From the NCBI RefSeq assembly GCF_014280195.1, contig NZ_CP047960.1:210001-242000 (forward strand): 32,000 bases of DNA. Reading direction: 5' to 3'. This document shows positions 28,608 through 32,000 of the stretch, piece by piece. The position numbers were made by a program, and so were the translations under genes. Positions within the stretch are counted from its first letter, which is position 1, and every line of letters starts with the position of its first letter. The notes under the pieces were generated by a model, which was not told the origin of the DNA, did not search any database, and saw nothing but the letters and a program-made list of their open reading frames with translations. Source of the DNA: Synechococcus sp. A15-24 (GTDB lineage: Bacteria > Cyanobacteriota > Cyanobacteriia > PCC-6307 > Cyanobiaceae).

Positions 28608-30797
28608 GTGTCTGAGCTGATATGCCCCTTCAGTGGCCACACGGGAGCCGTCACCCCAGCCGCCAATACGGGCAACAGGGAGTGGTGGCCGAATCAGATC
28701 AACCTCGGCCTGCTGCATCAGTACCATCCATCCTCCAATCCTCTGGGAGAGGACTTTGATTACCCCGCAGCCTTTGCAGGTTTGGATCTTGAGGCGCTGA
28801 AGGCGGATCTAAAGACGTTGATGACTGACTCCCAGGACTGGTGGCCTGCGGACTGGGGGCATTACGGCGGCCTGTTCATTCGTTTGGCATGGCACAGCGC
28901 TGGCACTTATCGCAGCGCCGACGGGCGCGGTGGCGCCGGTCACGGCAACCAGCGTTTTGCCCCTCTCAATAGTTGGCCTGACAACACCAATCTCGACAAG
29001 GCCCGAAGGTTGCTCTGGCCACTGAAACGCAAATACGGCAATGCGATTTCCTGGGCTGACTTAATCATTCTCAGCGGCAATGTGGCACTGGAATCCATGG
29101 GATTCCGCACCTTTGGCTTTGCCGGCGGTCGTACAGATATTTGGCAACCCGAAGAAGACGTGTTCTGGGGCAAGGAAACCGAGTGGTTAGGGGATGAACG
29201 CCACAACAACCAGGGAAAACTGGACCAGCCGCTGGCGGCTGTCGAGATGGGACTGATTTACGTCAATCCAGAGGGGCCGCACGGCAATCCCGATCCGGTG
29301 GCCTCTGGGCCGCAAGTGCGTGACACGTTTGCTCGAATGGGGATGACGGTGGAGGAGACCGTCGCTCTCGTGGCGGGTGGCCATACCTTTGGAAAGTGTC
29401 ACGGTGCGGCTCCTGCTTCACATTTGGACGCGGAACCGGAGGGGGCTGAACTGCATCAGCAGGGCCTGGGCTGGCAGAACCGTTTTGAGAGCGGCAAGGG
29501 GGAACACACCATCACCAGTGGCATTGAAGGGGCCTGGAAACCCAACCCAACCCGTTGGGACCAGGGCTATTTCGAAATGATGTTTAGCTACGAGTGGGAA
29601 CTGACCAAAAGTCCTGCAGGTGCTTGGCAGTGGGTCGCCAAAAATGTGAAACCGGAACACATGGTTCCGGATGCCCATGTTCCCGGTCGCTCGTCGGCAC
29701 CGATCATGACCACAGCGGATCTGTCGCTGCGTCATGACCCGGTGATGGAGCCAGTGGCCCGTCGCTTCCATAAGGATCAAGACGCTTTCGCTGCTGCATT
29801 TGCCCGAGCCTGGTTCAAGCTCACCCATCGGGATCTTGGACCGCGCAGTCTCTATTTGGGTGCAGATGTGCCGGAGGAGGTGCAGATTTGGCAAGACCCG
29901 GTGCCATCGCTCGATCATCCGTTGATTGGAACGGCCGAGATCAGCGTTCTTAAGCAACGCATCCTGGAGAGCGGCTGCAGTGTCGGTGCCCTTGTAGCTA
30001 CAGCCTGGGGTTCGGCATCAACGTTCCGTGGATCCGATCGACGCGGTGGTGCCAATGGTGGCCGGATCCGTCTGCAACCCCAGAACAACTGGGAGGTGAA
30101 TGATCCCGAGCAGCTGCGCACCGTGTTGACAGCGCTGGAGACGGTGCAGCGCGAGTTCAACGCGAAAGCCATCGGTGGTCAACAAGTGTCGATGGCGGAT
30201 CTGATCGTGTTGGCTGGATCCGCTGCCGTTGAGCAAGCGGCCACTTCTGGTAGTCACACCGTGACGGTTCCGTTCATGCCCGGACGTATGGATGCATCCG
30301 CAGATCAGACCGACACCGCCTCATTCAATTTGCTCAAGCCGATTGCCGATGGCTTTCGCAATTGGCAGCGCATCGGTCTGCCGCTTCGCGCGGAGGAGTG
30401 CCTCGTGGACCGTGCTCAACAGCTCGGTTTGAGTACACCGGAGATGACGGTGCTGATTGCCGGCCTGCGGGTACTGGGCGCCAACACAGGCGGCAACCGC
30501 CAGGGCGTATTGACCGATCGTATCGGCGTGTTGAGCAACGATTTCTGCGTGAATTTGCTCGATATGACTACTGTCTGGTCGCCGACCAGTGAGGCCATGG
30601 AGGGTTATTCAGGCCGGGATGCCGGAGGCGCTGAACGATGGACCGCGAGCCGTGCTGATCTCGTGTTCGGCTCCAATAGCCAGCTGCGAGCCATCGTTGA
30701 GGTGTATGCCCAGGACGATGGTGGCAGTCGTTTTGTGGCCGATTTTGTTCAGGCCTGGGTGAAGGTGATGAACCTCGACCGCTTTGATCTGAGCTGA
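28608..30797 (+). CDS. katG: catalase-peroxidase
   Basis: Motifs are [58 protein letters not shown] and [11 protein letters not shown]. The length is 729 aa. The start is GTG 28608, since no in-frame ATG lies upstream of the CPF motif. Confidence 0.95.
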   Translation: MSELICPFSGHTGAVTPAANTGNREWWPNQINLGLLHQYHPSSNPLGEDFDYPAAFAGLDLEALKADLKTLMTDSQDWWPADWGHYGGLFIRLAWHSAGTYRSADGRGGAGHGNQRFAPLNSWPDNTNLDKARRLLWPLKRKYGNAISWADLIILSGNVALESMGFRTFGFAGGRTDIWQPEEDVFWGKETEWLGDERHNNQGKLDQPLAAVEMGLIYVNPEGPHGNPDPVASGPQVRDTFARMGMTVEETVALVAGGHTFGKCHGAAPASHLDAEPEGAELHQQGLGWQNRFESGKGEHTITSGIEGAWKPNPTRWDQGYFEMMFSYEWELTKSPAGAWQWVAKNVKPEHMVPDAHVPGRSSAPIMTTADLSLRHDPVMEPVARRFHKDQDAFAAAFARAWFKLTHRDLGPRSLYLGADVPEEVQIWQDPVPSLDHPLIGTAEISVLKQRILESGCSVGALVATAWGSASTFRGSDRRGGANGGRIRLQPQNNWEVNDPEQLRTVLTALETVQREFNAKAIGGQQVSMADLIVLAGSAAVEQAATSGSHTVTVPFMPGRMDASADQTDTASFNLLKPIADGFRNWQRIGLPLRAEECLVDRAQQLGLSTPEMTVLIAGLRVLGANTGGNRQGVLTDRIGVLSNDFCVNLLDMTTVWSPTSEAMEGYSGRDAGGAERWTASRADLVFGSNSQLRAIVEVYAQDDGGSRFVADFVQAWVKVMNLDRFDLS

Positions 30798-30858
30798 GTT
30801 CGCCCCAGCACTTGGGTTCGATTGAGGAGGGGCACACCTTCGTCTCCCTCCCGATCAC

Positions 30859-31704
30859 TCAGTGCACCGAACACCATCGACTAGCGGTCGGCCAGAGCTG
30901 GTTGAGGTCAAGTTCCGGGCAATGGAGCTGCACGGCCGCCAGGGTCGCCTCTTGCCATTGCCCCAGCTGCTTCAGCAGCTCCTCTGGCAGGTCCGTGTCG
31001 GTGCGGCTCACATTCACCCGTTGTTCCCACTGCGGTTCCTGGTACCGCACCCCGAGGAACCGGCAGAGCTCAGCCCAGCAGTCCCGATGGAACAGCTGCT
31101 CGTAAGTGCCGATGAAGCACTGCTTCAGGCCGAAGCTGTCCTGAAGGACCGTGAGGGTGTGGCCGTAGTCACTGCGCAGATTGATCCGTTCGGGGCGCTC
31201 GCGGCAGAGATCGCGCAGGGCCTGGATTTCGCCGGCGCTGTCCTGCAGCCCCTGCTTGCGCCGTTGCATGCGCAGGCTGGAGACGATGCGCTCGATCGGG
31301 TCCCGCATCAGGAACACCGGTCGCAGTGGAACCCCCTGGTCTTCGAAGCCAGTGCGAATGGTGAGCAGGGTGGCGGCGCTGAGCCCGCAGTAGGAGGGTG
31401 TGATGTCCCCGGTGAGTTGGATTCCCGGACGCCGCAGCAGCCTGGCGAAGTAGGCGTAATACCGCTCGGGGCGTTCTAGGAAACGCTGGCGACGCCATGT
31501 ACGGGGTTTCAACAAAGACCGTCGGCTGCGGCCGCTGAAGCCTGCGGCCGGCAGGGTGAGCGCGTCATGGATGTGGTACTCCTTCAAGAAGCCGAAATCA
31601 GCGTCCCGGCGTTGGTTCAGCTGAGCGTGCAGCCAGGACGTGCCAGCCTTCTGGGCCCCGAGCCCCAGCAGGAACACGCCAGGGGCGTCAGTCGTTGCGG
31701 TCAC
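30859..31704 (-). CDS. sulfotransferase family protein
   Basis: VFLLGLGAQKAGTSWLHAQL matches the 5'-PSB motif (K-x-G-T-[ST]-W) and VFLMRDPIERIVSS matches the 3'-PB motif. GTG 31704 overlaps the kdsC 3' end by 17 nt; an alternative GTG lies at 31677. Confidence 0.75.
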   Translation of the reverse strand: MTATTDAPGVFLLGLGAQKAGTSWLHAQLNQRRDADFGFLKEYHIHDALTLPAAGFSGRSRRSLLKPRTWRRQRFLERPERYYAYFARLLRRPGIQLTGDITPSYCGLSAATLLTIRTGFEDQGVPLRPVFLMRDPIERIVSSLRMQRRKQGLQDSAGEIQALRDLCRERPERINLRSDYGHTLTVLQDSFGLKQCFIGTYEQLFHRDCWAELCRFLGVRYQEPQWEQRVNVSRTDTDLPEELLKQLGQWQEATLAAVQLHCPELDLNQLWPTASRWCSVH

Positions 31705-32000
31705 GCCAACCCCTCCGGCTCAAGCTGCGCCAGCCATCGCGAGCTTGAAGGATCCGTTCCGCTAGCTCCCGTACGGCCCCATGACCGCCGCGGCGCGCGA
31801 GCACCAGGTCGGCGCCCCGGCGCACGGGAGCGCAGGCATCGGCGGGCGCCAGAAGCAGACCCACCACTGGTCGCACGGCCAGATCATTGAGATCGTCGCC
31901 GACAAAAACGGTCTGCGAAACGGTCACCCCCACCTGCTGCTGCAGGGTCTGCAGGGCAGCGGGTTTGTCCTTGATGCCCACCAGGCAGTGTTGGATGCCC
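31688..32000 (-). CDS. kdsC: KDO 8-phosphate phosphatase, HAD family (5' end outside window)
   Basis: The frame stays open to the window edge (GIQHCLVGIKDKPAAL). VFVGDDLNDLAV is the HAD motif and GGHGAVRELAERIL is the KdsC C-terminal signature. Confidence 0.8.
   Translation of the reverse strand, partial: GIQHCLVGIKDKPAALQTLQQQVGVTVSQTVFVGDDLNDLAVRPVVGLLLAPADACAPVRRGADLVLARRGGHGAVRELAERILQARDGWRSLSRRGWRDRND

Noticed and set aside
30826-30851. Possible hairpin (GGAGGG ... CCCTCC) downstream of katG as a terminator.
   Set aside because: The stem is only 6 bp, the loop is 14 nt and no U-tract follows. That is too weak to call.

Overview
High-GC chromosomal segment that reads as cyanobacterial, most like a marine Synechococcus-type picocyanobacterium. 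That taxon call is an inference from ho1, a cyanobacterial-type icd, glcF, katG and the overall composition. Core genes (glcF, icd, mtnN, ho1, pcrA, katG) are interleaved with an unusually dense set of cell-envelope glycan genes. (1) 6.6-9.4 kb holds a polyprenyl-phosphate glycosyltransferase plus a GtrA-YdjC fusion that is translationally coupled to a nucleosidase. (2) 10.0-19.8 kb is a same-strand chain: ho1, a GT, an MsbA/PglK-like ABC exporter and four more GTs. Two of those GTs have different catalytic folds but share a paralogous, unrecognised C-terminal domain of about 270 aa. (3) 19.8-23.7 kb (minus strand) is a start/stop-overlapping chain of kdsA, an unknown protein, a polytopic membrane protein and a sulfotransferase-like protein. 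The membrane protein is broken by a 17-bp tandem duplication and by an in-frame TAA. (4) 26.1-28.5 kb runs pcrA, sulfotransferase, GT8-like and kdsB. (5) 30.9-32.0 kb holds a sulfotransferase coupled to kdsC. All three Kdo genes are therefore present but dispersed, each next to a sulfotransferase or GT. A strongly AT-rich islet (about 1.8-3.0 kb, possibly extending to 5.1 kb) sits between glcF and icd. It carries an orphan 210-aa gene, a 495-bp spacer with a non-random GTCCCG motif array and a perfect 10-bp inverted repeat, and a leaderless 684-aa acidic protein ending in a strong intrinsic terminator. I found no rRNA, tRNA, CRISPR array, transposase or integrase. All functional calls are motif recognition from memory; no searches were run.
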